Assembly: GCA_016748015.1 (NCBI GenBank)
Contig: JAAOMT010000009.1
Span: 1,134,459-1,198,458 of the forward strand
Direction of reading: 5' to 3'
DNA: 64,000 nt
Source of the DNA: Geosiphon pyriformis uo1
Taxonomy: Eukaryota; Fungi; Glomeromycota
Made by a program: the position numbers and the translations under genes. The notes under the pieces are model-generated. The model was not told where the DNA came from, ran no database searches, and worked only from the letters and a program-made list of their open reading frames with translations. Positions 25,766-38,965 of this stretch are shown piece after piece; the stretch's first letter is position 1; each line of letters starts with the position of its first letter.

Positions 25766-28700
25766 CTATCGACGCAGAATTCTTTGTGATCGCCGGCCAC
25801 TCCTCGTAATACGGACATCGGAAAGACTTTGGAAAGATTCGGCAGAATCTGAATCACCATTTTCATGGGCAGTGTTATTGTTATTATTTTTATTTTTATT
25901 ACTAGGTTCTTCAATCACGACTTCTGGACTCTTTTGCTTTTTTCTCGATGATTTTCTTCTTTTTTGTGAGTTTTTCGATGCTCCAATCTCATCATCCTTA
26001 GGGGCAGATCGCTTAAGTGTAGGGCCAATTTTGAGATTGCTTGCGGCAAATTTATCTGAATCTATAGCTTCGCTGGTTGTCCGCCGACGATGATTGATGC
26101 GACGGTTCGATACTTTAGGGGATCCAAATGATTGCTCGTCATTACTTCCATTCTGCTTATCTTCATCCCTCTCTTGGTTTTCTACATCAGAATCTTCATT
26201 AATTATGTCCTTAGCATTTCTTTTGGTCACCAATCGACGCTTTCTTCGGGTTGCATTCCCGTTTAATTTTTTCGTAGAATCGGAATGAGGTGGTTCTGAA
26301 AAGAATTTAAAGAGTTAATCTCACAATAAAGGATAGTCTCGTGTTGAATATGAAGGAAAAATTGCAAATTACCTGGAGTTTTCACTCCGAATTTCACTAG
26401 TATTTTGTCAAGTTTTTGAACGTAGCTATAATATGCCTCCCAATCCTGATCATACGGAGGGACCCGGATATTGTTGGATCTCAAAACTTCTTGCAGTTTG
26501 GCATCTCTAATATTGATAAATTATGAAGTAAATAATTAAGCATTAAAAGGTGAGAAACTGACTAATCTTACATTGTCATTGCATCATTCACGCTTATCCC
26601 TCCTAAGAGTACTGTTAATGGTTTAAAAAACTTGATCCAATAGCGCACGGCCGCTTTCTGCTTGGTAACTTGATATCCTGCCATTAGTTCTATTGCATGT
26701 TCAATACCGCGAATATGCATCTCAACTATATGATCAGCATCTTTGCGCGGTTGCATCAATTGAGTTTCGCGCAAATGAAGAGCATTTGCAAAAAGTCGAG
26801 CGAGAGCAGCGGAGGACTCCATTATATTAGAAGGGATTTCCTTTTCACCCTCTTCTTCTCTTTCTTCTATAATTTCTTCATAGAGCCCGAAAGACTAATA
26901 AAGGATGCATTTATTTGAATGTTATAGTTGCTTGATAAAAATATTTGCAAAGCTACAATTTTTATAACCTTTTCTAACGATTCTGAAAAAATCTGACAGA
27001 ATGTACGTGGATCAGTTTCCAATTTCCATTCTTTGAATTCTTGTATGACTCTTTTAATAACATCGTCAACGTCATTTCCGAATTTTCCGAATTGTGCAAT
27101 CACGCTTGCAGATAATTTGATGTCAAAAAAACCACCACGTGTTCCGCGTAAAATTGTCCCAATTATCTCCAAGAATTCATATTTTTGCTCTGCTGTGAGA
27201 ATAACGTCGAGATCGTGGACTGGAGGGAAATGAGTATAATAGGTATAAAGTGGCTAATTAAAAATTAACCTAATAATCAACTTACATTTTCTATGCTTAT
27301 TTCTCGTAGTCTCTTCGTCGTCTTCATCATCTTCATTCATATCGTTTTGAATTTCGTCTTCAAATTTTTTCAGAGCCTCATCTAAATCCTGCTTGAGCCT
27401 TTTAATTTCTCCTTCTACAAAGGACGCAAATTGAGCTTGCAAAGAAGATGGACACGGAAGTCGTAACTTGGAAACATTGGGGCAACTAGGGCTGTAAAAA
27501 ATATCACTTGAAAATAACCAATAAATATTGCCCAATATCTTAAAGGCCTATGAGAAATTAGGTAATTAACGCCTCTGCTAAAAAGGATTGAATGAAATGC
27601 AATGAGATATATACATACTGTTTTCCTAACATTGGATATTGCAGGCTCAAAAGTAACCAAGGAGCTCAAGATGTCGACAATTTTGTCTCTTCTTGCCATA
27701 AACTTGGCTACAGTCTCAGGATCGGCATCTTGATTTTCGTCCTCCTTTTCAGAAATATCATCAACTTTCCACATTATATAATACCAAAGGAAATTGGCGG
27801 CTGATACAATAATCTAGGGAGGAAGCCATTGGATACATCATACCTGCCTTGGATTAAAATATCCTTCGAGAAAATAAGAAAACAAAAAAAAGCCATACTC
27901 ACTTTTTCTTCTTGTTGGTGAGCAAGCATTCCGCGCTGTGCCAAAGCAGCAATACAAGAAGCAACATCTTGATTATTTTCATCTCTTTCTTCGACAAATT
28001 GCAGCATGTTAACAACGGAAATGAGTTGTTCTAATCGATTTATCGAGGTTCCCAGCGAATGAACTTCATCACGACCAAGATGAGCTGTTGATAGCTCCTA
28101 AATAGAAAATTAAGTCAAGTTTGATGGTAGATGAATGGGTGGAGAAATTTTTGGAGATCAAAACCTTATCTTGGCATTCCTTTCTGAAGGTTTTTATAAC
28201 TTCTTCTTGTAATTCGCTTAGCTTAGTTTCAGTGACAGATGCCAAATTTTTGCTTTGGGTCATGTGACGTAAAGATTCAGCGGCATGAGCTAATACCAAA
28301 GGATGTGTGTGCTTAAGAAAAAGCTCTTTTATATCTTCAACAAGGGTTTCATAAGCCTAAGAAATTAACCGAGATAATAAAAATCGACGAATACACAATA
28401 TGTGGTACAAAACAACAATAGCTCTGCTACCTTGGTCATCCGTAAATCCTGATATACATTCAGATTCATTAATATTGGTATTTGTAACACCTCAGCTATG
28501 CGGCCAGCATCCGGGGCATATTTAGTTAAAAGCCTGGGCAAATGTTTAGCCATTGTTCTCGAAATCTCACTGCGAATTTCATCCTGGCGTTGTTCGAGCT
28601 GCATGTAAAATAAATAAAAATGAATAGTTTCCAATTGAGCTAAAGAGCATGTCCCTGAAACTTACATCTTTTTTGTCTTTTGCTTTAGTTGGTTCTACAA

Positions 28701-30978
28701 AGCTAAAATTCATGGAGGCAACAAGAACCTCAACAAGAACGCTCTCTTCTTGCTCTTTTAATCGATAGCATTCTTCAACAATATGCCCTGAATCATTGTC
28801 GTCACTCCCTGAACTAGATGATAAGCTAATAGTAGGACCAACCGCACTCTTGAAGGAGTGATCTTTTGTAAGGTAATCAGCTAAAACTTTCCAATCCTGA
28901 AGCTCTCGCAATTCATTAAATAGCTCCTGAATTGCCAAACCTATTCTATTTTTTTTTCCACCTCCAATTTTCTGGGCAAGAGCCACATCTGGATCGCTCT
29001 CTTCTGATTCATCAGGTATATCAATGTCCATTTGTGTTTCGTCCAATGTTGCCATCCCTTGAGATTTAATGGCCCTGTTTGATTTTACTAAAAATTTCGC
29101 TAGGGATTTAAAAGTAACCCATTGGGCTTTTTCACCTTGATTATTGGTAGTTCCATTTACACCATGTTGCCTTTTCCGTTTATTTCCATTTTCTGAAAAG
29201 AACAGCTTTACTTCTTCTTCCATCTTTTCGATATAATCCTCTTTCAAAATGTCCCTGATGAAAGGCGTAACAGCCTTTCTCACTTTTGGATTATCAGAAT
29301 ATATACAAAGGGATAATTTGTCCTTATATTCATCCGACTCTTCCAACAGTTGCATCTGTGATATTTGAGCTAATAAATGAATGGTGGGTATGCGTACGGA
29401 GATGTCAGATTCTTTGAGTGCCATCTCTAGAATTCTGCCCTTAAAACGTTCAGTAAAATGACGAAGAGAGCCCCTAAATGAATCTTTAGAGTATATACGC
29501 GAGAGAGATTTTATCGATTCCGCCCTTACTATTGATGACTGAAAGTCAAATATATATTAGTAGAAAAGAACGAACACCGATAGGTTCCGGATTGATGAAT
29601 TAAAGAAAACAACTCCGACCTTATCTGACAATTGCCATCCCAGGTATCGCAGATATTGGTCTTCCAAAAAAAAATCATCATATTTGCTAACCCAATGGCC
29701 TAACTCCTTGATGCATTCAGCTCTAAGGATAGCCTCTACATCACGATATCGATGAACAAATACACTGAGAAATATTAAATATTGCATTAGTATTATGTCT
29801 GAAAAACTGGTTGCCAAAAGAATGAATTGGTTACTATTAACTTACCAATCAAAATATTCTTGAATATAAGCATTAAGAATTTGTTTCTTAGCAGTTAATT
29901 CTCCAATTTTGGCTTGTAGACTGCTAAGTCGTTCTTTTTTAGCATTACGCGAGCCTTTGCTCTTTTGTTCAGAATTAATCTGACGATTTGCTACGTTTAT
30001 TTCACTGTGTATTTCTTGGGCAACATCGCACAGTTGGGTGACTATTGCATGAGTAATGGTAGTTGCTGTATGTCGAAAGGGTCGAAAAACAGAACTGTAA
30101 TTTTCAAAAAAATATTAACCAGAAGTCTGATGCTTAGAGATTCATAAAAAACAGAATGTCTGAATATTGGTTTGCCAAACCTGGACATTGCAATGACCCA
30201 AGCAGCAATAGTCTCGCAGAATATTTCATCATATAAGATTGAGTGTTTAATTTGTCTGAACAATCGAGTAAAAAACTCCACCAGATTTTTGCGAAACTTT
30301 TTTAATTCTTTTGATTTTGATACCAATGGATATTCAGATATAGATTCCTGTAAATTTTGATGTATGTTAGAAGGTTTAATAAGATAAGGCTCTTTGAAAG
30401 AGATCTTAGATTTAAAATAAGCAAAGACACCTTTTGAAAAGCTTCCTGAAGCTGCCTTAGATTATCAACAATACTGTCTTCGTCCTCCATGGCTTCTCTA
30501 CTTATTGAGTTTGGACACCCAGAAGCCTACTCGAAATAAAGATATATTTGAGTTCTATTTCATTAATGTTGAACTAACTTTGATATCATTTAAAATTGAG
30601 AAAAACCAACCCTGATGATAAAATTTATCAATACAAGCAATGCCGTTTGGTTATCGGACTCATAAGCTTCAATCCAATCCGAAGTGACAGTCTCCACGGA
30701 ACTATTGGGGGCACGTATTGCCTCTGTCATATTTCAAGGTGACGAAGTTTAGCTTAAACTCAATAGACTGAGAAATTTATAAGATATTACCGACCGAATA
30801 AGATTTGCCCACTTTCTTCAAGCTCTTTTCGAGAGAGCTCTAGAGTTTTTTCGGGTGTACGACGTTCTTTTGGCGATTGAGAAGGTGGAGGTGATAATAC
30901 TTTTTTTTCAGGAATTTTACGAGGTCTACCGCGCCTTCTTGGAGTTTTAGCATTGGCTACGGCGGAGGAAGCTTCCAT
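25766..30978 (-). CDS. SCC3: Cohesin subunit SCC3/STAG (spliced)
   Basis: YPLVSKSKELKKFRKNLVEFF, FRPFRHTAT, VFVHRYRDVEAILRAECIKELGHW, FFLEDQYLRYLGWQLSDK, FTERFKGRILEM; N-terminal AT-hook-like PRRRGRPRK. Confidence 0.95.
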
Positions 30979-31425
30979 TTTCTTGAAATCTCTGTGAGTG
31001 GCAAGGCAGAAGGAAGAAATTGGGAAACGCGAGCCTGTCAAATAATGCGCTTTGCGGAGTGTGGCTAGAAACATGGCAAAATTATTCAGTGATCAAAGCA
31101 TATAATCCTGAACAGTTACCGGAAAACCGTGCTGCGAGAAAGAGTAAAGACGGCCGAAAATCAAAATGACACTTTTACGCGTCTTGGTTAACTTCCACAA
31201 TTCACGGCAATGCACCACGATTCCCAATTTTACAGCAATCTATCTAGATTCCAATTTCCAGGGTTACCCGTTACCCCAGTATTACCAATGTATCACCAAT
31301 TACCAGAGCTCTAACCTGTGTGGTGTGCACAATTGTATCATAATTTATAAAATTTTTTGATTGATTATTATTAAAGCCATGGTTAAGGTTGAAGTCTTGG
31401 GAGATTTGAGAGCTTTTTATTTACA
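30979..31425. promoter_or_regulatory. Divergent promoter region between SCC3 and FOL1 with an MCB-like ACGCGT at 31177-31182
   Basis: Head-to-head ATGs about 450 bp apart; CpG-rich; ACGCGT plus ACGCGA near 31027. Confidence 0.5.
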
Positions 31426-33969
31426 ATGGACGACTTTGCTGACAAAGTGATAATAAAAGACTTAGTTGTGCGAAGCATTCTTGGTGTTGACTCCTGGGAA
31501 ATAATCAAGCGTCAACCGGTTGTGATTAATGTTACCATTCACACCAATATTTCACAAGCAGGTGAAACTGATCATTTGCCGCACTCAATTCACTATGGTG
31601 TGGTGTGCAAGAAAGTTACTAAATTTGCTGAAGAATCAAACTATAAATCGGTTGAGGCTCTTGCGGATGGAATAGCAAGAGTATGCATTGTGGATTGCCA
31701 TGCCCCAAAAGTATCCGTGCGTGTTGATAAGCCTCGTGCTTTATTACATGCCAGTTCAGCTGGTGTAGGGATCACAAGAATTAAAGAAGATTATTCAACA
31801 TTTGGATCTCATACTGATGTCCGAACTTCATCTCTTCTGAGCCATCAAGATTTTATTTTTGTGAAAGATCTAAATCTTAAAACCATAATAGGGGTAAATC
31901 CATGGGAAAGGGAAGAAAAGCAAACTGTGATAGTTAACCTGACAATATATCCAAGTTTTGCGATGGGCACTTTGCAAGATTACGTTCCCAAACCTCATAA
32001 TTACCACACCATTGTCAGAACCATCTCTAAGGTACGTTTCAACAGAGAGGTTGATGATATGCTTGATATTATTGGCCGATTGCTTTTCAGGCTTAAATAT
32101 TACGATCATCGATACAGCATGTTGAAGAATCAAAATATAAAACTGTCGAAGCGTTTGCAACAGCTCTTGCACGGATCGCAATAACTGAATGCCATGTTAG
32201 TAAGATTACGGTTCGGGTCGAGAAGCCAAGTGCTTTGGTTTTTGCTAGCTCCGCAGGAGTTGAAATCACCAGAAGTATATCTACCATCACGAGCAAAACC
32301 CTACCACAATTGAATTCTATTCACAAAGGATTTTTTCGGGAAAATGTCAAGCCAGTAAGCGATACATCAAATCTTCAGCGATCAGATATTCCCAATAGTT
32401 TTCACCATTTAGTATTCATTGCGCTTGGCTCCAACATGGGGGACACTGTTGATAATATCAACTCTGCCCTCTCTAAAATTCAAGAAAAGTGTAATTCTAA
32501 AATATTGGACACGTCTTTTCTGTACGAAACATCACCAATGCATATAACAGATCAAGCGAGATTTTTAAATGCAGCGTGCAAGGTAAACGAGTCTGAAAAA
32601 CTATTACATTCTTTCAAAAATACTCTTTTGTATACCCTAAGCGCGAAACATTATTATTTTAATTGATGAAAATTTCGACAGATCATTACAGATTTGAGTC
32701 CTGAGGAATTGCTTCAAAAGCTAAAGGCAATAGAGGCTGAAATGGGAAGATTCGATGTCGTTACTATACGTTATGGTCCAAGACCAATCGACCTAGACAT
32801 AATATTTTATGACGATATTGAATATACTTCAGATACTCTATCGATCCCACATCCTCGAATGCATGAAAGAGAGTTTGTTTTGAGACCGATATGCGAGTGT
32901 GTAACTGTTTTTTTAATGAAACTTATCAGTGATTTTTATCTTGAAATTATTTTACGAGTATTTTTAATAGCCATTCTTTTATATTTAAAGCATTGCTAAA
33001 GGAAAAGAGCATCCAAAGCTTTACAAAACCTGCGGCCAGTTACTCAATCAATTATTGAATTCGCTTGATTATGATTTACAAGGAAATGATATATGGAGGG
33101 TCATTCCAATTGGGAAATCCAAGTGGCGGTTAGGATCCAAAACATTCTTAATGGGTGTCCTTAATGTCACCCCCGATAGCTTCAGCGATGGTGGATTATA
33201 TAACAATGTAGATGATGCGGTTACTAGATTTGAAAAACTAGTATTGGAGGGTGCGGATATCATAGATATTGGAGGAATGTCTACTCGACCTAATGCTACA
33301 GATATACCTGCCGAAGAAGAGTTGTCGAGAGTTCTTCCAGTTATACAAACGATTCGTGCTAAAGGTATTACTAATATACCAATATCGATTGACACTTACC
33401 GTGCTACTGTGGCTGAGAGAGCGATCGCGGCTGGGGCTGATTTGATCAATGATGTTTCCGGGGGAATGCTAGATCCAGAAATGTTTTCTGTGATGGCCAA
33501 TGCCAATATACCGGTTTGCCTTCAACACATGCGAGGCGATCCCAAATCAATGACTCATTTTACCCAATACGAAGATGTTATAATAGATATTTGTTATGAA
33601 CTTTCTGAGCGCGTAAATCATGCAATCCAGGCTGGTGTCAAGCGGTGGAACATAATAATTGACCCTGGTATAGGCTTTGCAAAAGATTATTCACAAAATT
33701 TCCAAATCTTAAGGCGCCTTTCAGATATGATTAGCCAAAACAGTCCTCTTGAAGGTTTTCCATGTCTTTTGGGGCCATCGCGAAAAGGGTTTATTGGACA
33801 TGTAATTCAACAGTCTGAAGCCAAAAATCGAGTTTGGGGCACAGCAGCTGCATGCACAGCATCTGTTGCTGGAGGTGTTGATATTTTGAGAGTGCATGAT
33901 GTTAAGGAAATGGTGGATGTGGTAAAGGTGGCTGATAGCATTTGGAGAGTGAATCAAAGAAAGTCATAA
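31426..33969 (+). CDS. FOL1: Trifunctional folate synthesis protein (DHNA-DHNA-HPPK-DHPS), spliced
   Basis: Two FolB-like domains (ILGVDSWE; IIGVNPWERE), HPPK (IALGSNMG, GPRPIDLDI, PHPRMHEREFVL), DHPS (MGVLNVTPDSFSDGG, IDPGIGF, SRKGFIG, RVHDV). Confidence 0.97.
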
Positions 33970-34329
33970 TCTAAATTTGTTTTTCATTTACATTAAATCA
34001 TACCGACTTTTAATGCACAATTTTTCAGTGTGACTTTCATTGAAAATTTTGCCAGTAAAACAAGTTTTTTGTTCTTAAAAAATTTTTTTTAAGGTAACAA
34101 TCAAATAAGATTTGAATCAAAAATTTAGTTTTTAATATTTAATCTAATAGTAAGATAAAAATAATTGATAAAAAGAATATATATTATTTGTAATTTTTAG
34201 AATACAATAAAAGTTCAGTTCACCAATCAAAAGAAAAGATCCGTTTGCTATAGCATATAATCATAGGTTAAAATAAGAGTAATTCGATCAATACAAGTTG
34301 AAAATTCGGTTGCAGAGTAAGATCACATA

Positions 34330-35030
34330 GAAATAGATGAATGAGGGTTATTGAAGATTTGTTTTAACATTCTGTTGCATCATAAAAAAACTTTTGGTGC
34401 AATGTATAGAATTATTCCAAATATCCAATCCAAGATCATCATAAGTGGAATATCGTAGGATGTTGCCCGAATGCAAAAAGGAATTATATCAAGTCCTATA
34501 GCAATATTTTTTGCGTATCAGGAACTCCATCACGATCCCGTAATCGAGTGTTTTAACATTTTGCGTAACCCCTATTATCTTAGAAGTCTCCATCGCTAAT
34601 CAATATGGCTCTTTGAATATTATGGTTACTTCTTTAAAGTGTTCATCGTTGTTCTACGAAGATGTGCTCATAAATTTTATTACTACTTCCCCACCTTTCT
34701 CCCCTTTTCTTTCTTCATCTTTCATATTCTATTTTACCATAATGTTTTATGCTTCCTTCATAAATCGTTCCATAAATCCATGTTGCTCTATATATAATAC
34801 CGAACCCTTCCTCACAAATCTTGGAAATATTATCTAAACGCTTCCATGGAACTTATTGAAAATAATGCCCTTTGATCGTATTTTATGTATATATACTGGT
34901 TTCTTAATGGTTTCATCAACTGTTTTATTGCCGCTTGAAAAGTCCTAGTAAAGTTTCCAAAAATTGAGAAGGGGCATGCCTCGCACGAATTTCCTCAATT
35001 ATTTTTGGCATATTCGACACTTGTAGCAAT
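34330..35030 (-). pseudogene. Tyrosine-kinase-like (TKL) protein kinase pseudogene
   Basis: Broken frames give FSSGNKTVDETI, VPWKRLDNISKICEEGFGIIYRATW, IIGVTQNVKTLDYGIVMEF, LHSGNIL, GIILYIAP; stops, frameshifts and deletions. Confidence 0.8.
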
Positions 35031-35636
35031 CATGAGTTTCTTTTAATTTCAAGGTTTCCCATGGTATGGGATAAAAGCTGATAAAATAGGATTTGGCGAA
35101 TTTTATGAACAAAGAACGTTTCTTTTTATCCTTACCGTCAAACTATACAAGTTATTAACCCTTGGGTCTTATATTTTTTTCCTAGATAATATCTTGTGGC
35201 TAAATGTCATTAACCCGATATGGTGGGGACATTCGGAAGGCGTTATCCATCTTCCAAACACTTTGAGTGATCATTACCAAATTTCTTTTAATTTGTAAAA
35301 TACATCAAACAATATAATATTAACAGTTATTTTTAAATAAATTAAAATTTGTATTACAAATAATAAGATTTTTAGAAAATTAAATTATCATTTTTAATCA
35401 AATTAACATATATAATTTTTTGTTAATTAAAATCATGTTTAACGTTTTTATTAATAATTTATTTTTATAAAAATTTTAAAAATCATTTAACTTAGAAAAG
35501 AAATTATTCAAGAACTGCTCGCAGATAATTAAGAAATGATCTTACTAATCTTACGTACCATGTGATGATATAATCTCTTTTATTTGGATCTCATGTTGAT
35601 ACTATCGTTGTAGCCATTATAAGATTTTTTGCAAAT

Positions 35637-37071
35637 TCAGATCAAATCCATCACATTGAATAAAGCACTAACACTTTCCCCATTATGTATTCTTCTAATA
35701 GCTTCTGCAAAGATTGGGGCAATATTGAAAACTCTCATTTTCGGACACTTCTCTAGGTGCTCCTCCTGTGGAATACTATCACTTACAATTACTTGATCAA
35801 TCATACTTGACTGAATTCTTTGGATCGCATCACCACTCATGATAGCATGTGTAATAATTGCAAAAATTTTTTGAGCTCCATTATCCACCAACACCTTGGC
35901 AGCTTTGGTGATTGTAAAAGAAGTATCAGCAATATCATCAATCAAAATGCAAACCTTATCTCTTACTTGACCAACAAGCATCATATTTGCTTTATGAGGT
36001 TGATGTTGAGAGCGACGCTCCTTATGAATAAGGGCAAAGTCCATATGTAGTTTATCAGCAATCGAGGTAGCCCTAAGTATTAAAAAGAATTTAAAAAAAA
36101 TAATAGTTTAATGTTTCTAAAAATATCGTAATAGTGATAGTAATCCGTAAAATTCCTTTACCTTTTGGCCCCTCCTGCATCTGGAGAAACTACCACTGCA
36201 TTTTCCCAATTTGGAATATTTTCTTTGATATATTTAATCATTAAAGGTTGACCATATAGATTATCAACAGGAATATCAAAAAATCCTTGGAATTGAGGAT
36301 CGTGTAAATCCATTGTCATTATGTGATCAGCCCCTTTAATATTTTAATTATTTAATAATTTTCTGTTATGATTTCATAATTCAAGGTTTTAACCTATCTT
36401 TTTTAAATACCTGCACAAGTCAAAAGATTGGCAATGAGGGTTCCAGATCTAGCAATCCAATGTTTGTATCCACTAAGATGTCGACCTGGAATTACCTGTG
36501 TCTGAACGGTATTCACGTGTGTAGATGGAAATCGGGTGCCTGCAGGTGTAATATCATCTTCAATTCTAGAAATCGCGTCAAAAGGTTCTTGGATTTCTTT
36601 GACAGGAGAAGATGGCAAGGAATTGACAGGCGTTGGATCGAATGTATAACCAGTAAAATTATTCTTAGTAATTCTTGATAAAAGTGCTCCATTGCGTTTA
36701 AAAGGAGCGTCAGGCTGTCTTGCATATGGAAAGCAAGGTATGACAGCAGTGACTTTTGCCGCTGAGGCAGTCTTACACGCTGATATCATGATTAAAAGTT
36801 CCATTAAATTATCGTTGACATGACCACAGCCTGATTGAATAATGTAGACATCTTTTTCTCTAACGCTTTCGCGAATTTCAACATTTGTTTCTTTATTTGA
36901 GAATTTAGAAAGTTCCACACGTCCAAGTGATTGTCCCAAACGAGAAGCAATTTGTTGAGCAAGTTTTGGGTGTGAAGAACCTCCCTATGAAGGAAAATCA
37001 TGAGACTTAGACCTTGATTATCCAAATGTGAAAATGTCATGAACACTCACGAAGATAACAATATTTCTCAT
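35637..37071 (-). CDS. PRS: Ribose-phosphate pyrophosphokinase with a non-homologous insertion (Prs5-like), spliced
   Basis: [62 protein letters not shown]; Pro/Ser-rich insert after YARQ. Confidence 0.95.
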
Positions 37072-38965
37072 CTTTTAAAAGTAGCATTGAGGAATTTTTA
37101 AGGTATTAAATAGGTTGACACCTGACCGAAATTGTAGGACAATCTATTTGACTTTTTAATATTGGACTTCAACAATGACTAAAATTTCTTATTTTCTATT
37201 CTTTTTAAAAATATGTCTAAAAACAAAAGAAAGGCTAGTTCTTTGACAAGAACCACTACTGCAACAATAGCCTCTTGCTTACGTAACTTTCAACTTTATC
37301 ATCAGAATTCAGATATTAGAATTTTTGTCAACGTATATAATTGAACAAACCAAAAACCTTTAAATGTTTCAGAGTTTTACTATTCTCCAAAAGAAGGTCA
37401 GATCTATTTAGTAATAGAGAGAACCATAATCATTTAGCTCCTGATCTCATTTACTAGTTTTGCTTTCCATATTTTTGGGGTAGAAAAATTAATAAAGGTA
37501 ATTAAGATTTTGGTCTTCTGATTATTTATATTTGCAAAATATTAATTAATTTATAGATTTGACTTCAATGATAAAGAGACGCAAAAAAACAATTTACTTA
37601 AGAGACTCACAACTTTCACCTGATTCTGAACAAATTAATGGTCAGATTTACCTGGAAAATATTTTTTCCAAGATTCCAATTGGAAATCGAATACATGCTA
37701 AGGCGACCTGCTTAAGGGCCTATTTTTTATGGAATGTTGCGATTAGCTATGAGGGATTTATTTCCAGTTGTGAAGACTTCTATAGTGCTATGAATGCCAA
37801 AGATTACTCTTGATGGTGTGGAGAGATCTGTTAAGAATGGTGTAAAGGGAAGAGAAGGGCAATCGGCTTTGTGGGATGTGAAAGAATAGTATTTGTTTCC
37901 ATGAACGCGGAAGAAATGGAAAACTCGGATTAAAAAGTATGGAAAAATCAAAGATATCCTCCGAGGTGAACTCTGTTTTCTAGATATCTTGCAATTATCC
38001 AGCCAATTGACATTGATTACTGTGGCATTAGATATTGCTATCTCTGATTACCCAGTTCCAGTTTTACGCGACGTACGTTTTTACTTACCACACCATACGT
38101 TGGCATCACCTTTACTGGAAGTTTCACATGGACTGGTCTCAAGCCTATGCAAAGGGTTTGTATTCTGGACAAACATCATGTGTTTTACAGACTGTCGCGA
38201 TTCTGACTCTTGGGATTTTATGGAATCATGACATTATTGCTACTCAACATCCCGTCATGTGTTCTTCCAGATGAACGTGAATGATGGAAGGGAGTTCAGC
38301 GACAAGGGGAAGTGGGACCAAGGTGGCTACTTCGGAAGTTAGGATGAATAGGGTGGGGATGACCTAATGATTGCATGCAGTATCTTATTCGGACATTCTT
38401 TCAGAGTACTGTAATACATATAGAAAACTGGCAATCAAAATTGCAACTGCTACAGACCAAGAATTTTTATAAAGAATCTAGCTTCACTTTTAGCTGAATA
38501 CCTTTTATCCCTCTATCAAACTCTTAATTCCTTGAAATAACTTCTTTACTGGCAAAATTCTCGAACTTAAACTTTATATGATTGATTGTTTAAATTTTTT
38601 CTTCTATTAAGTGTATTCTACAACCTGAAACATGTAGTTCGAAAATTTTAGATTTTATTTCACCTTTTCAAAATTATCTACCAATTCCTATGCAACTCTC
38701 ATTCTGGAGTTCAAATTAATTTTTATCAAGTCATTTTCCACATGACCAACTAATGTTTTATCACAAGAATGTATTGTAATTTTTTGGTAAAGGTAGTTTC
38801 ATCCCTTCAAAGAAAATAAGAAATTCTTACTCAAATGGAAATTTTTTATGAGATCTTAACTAAATATACATTATTTCTAAAAGACTCATTATCTGATTAT
38901 TGTTGTAAAAAGTATAGAGTCTATGTATGATTAACTATATCGGAAATGTGTAAGATGCATATTTC

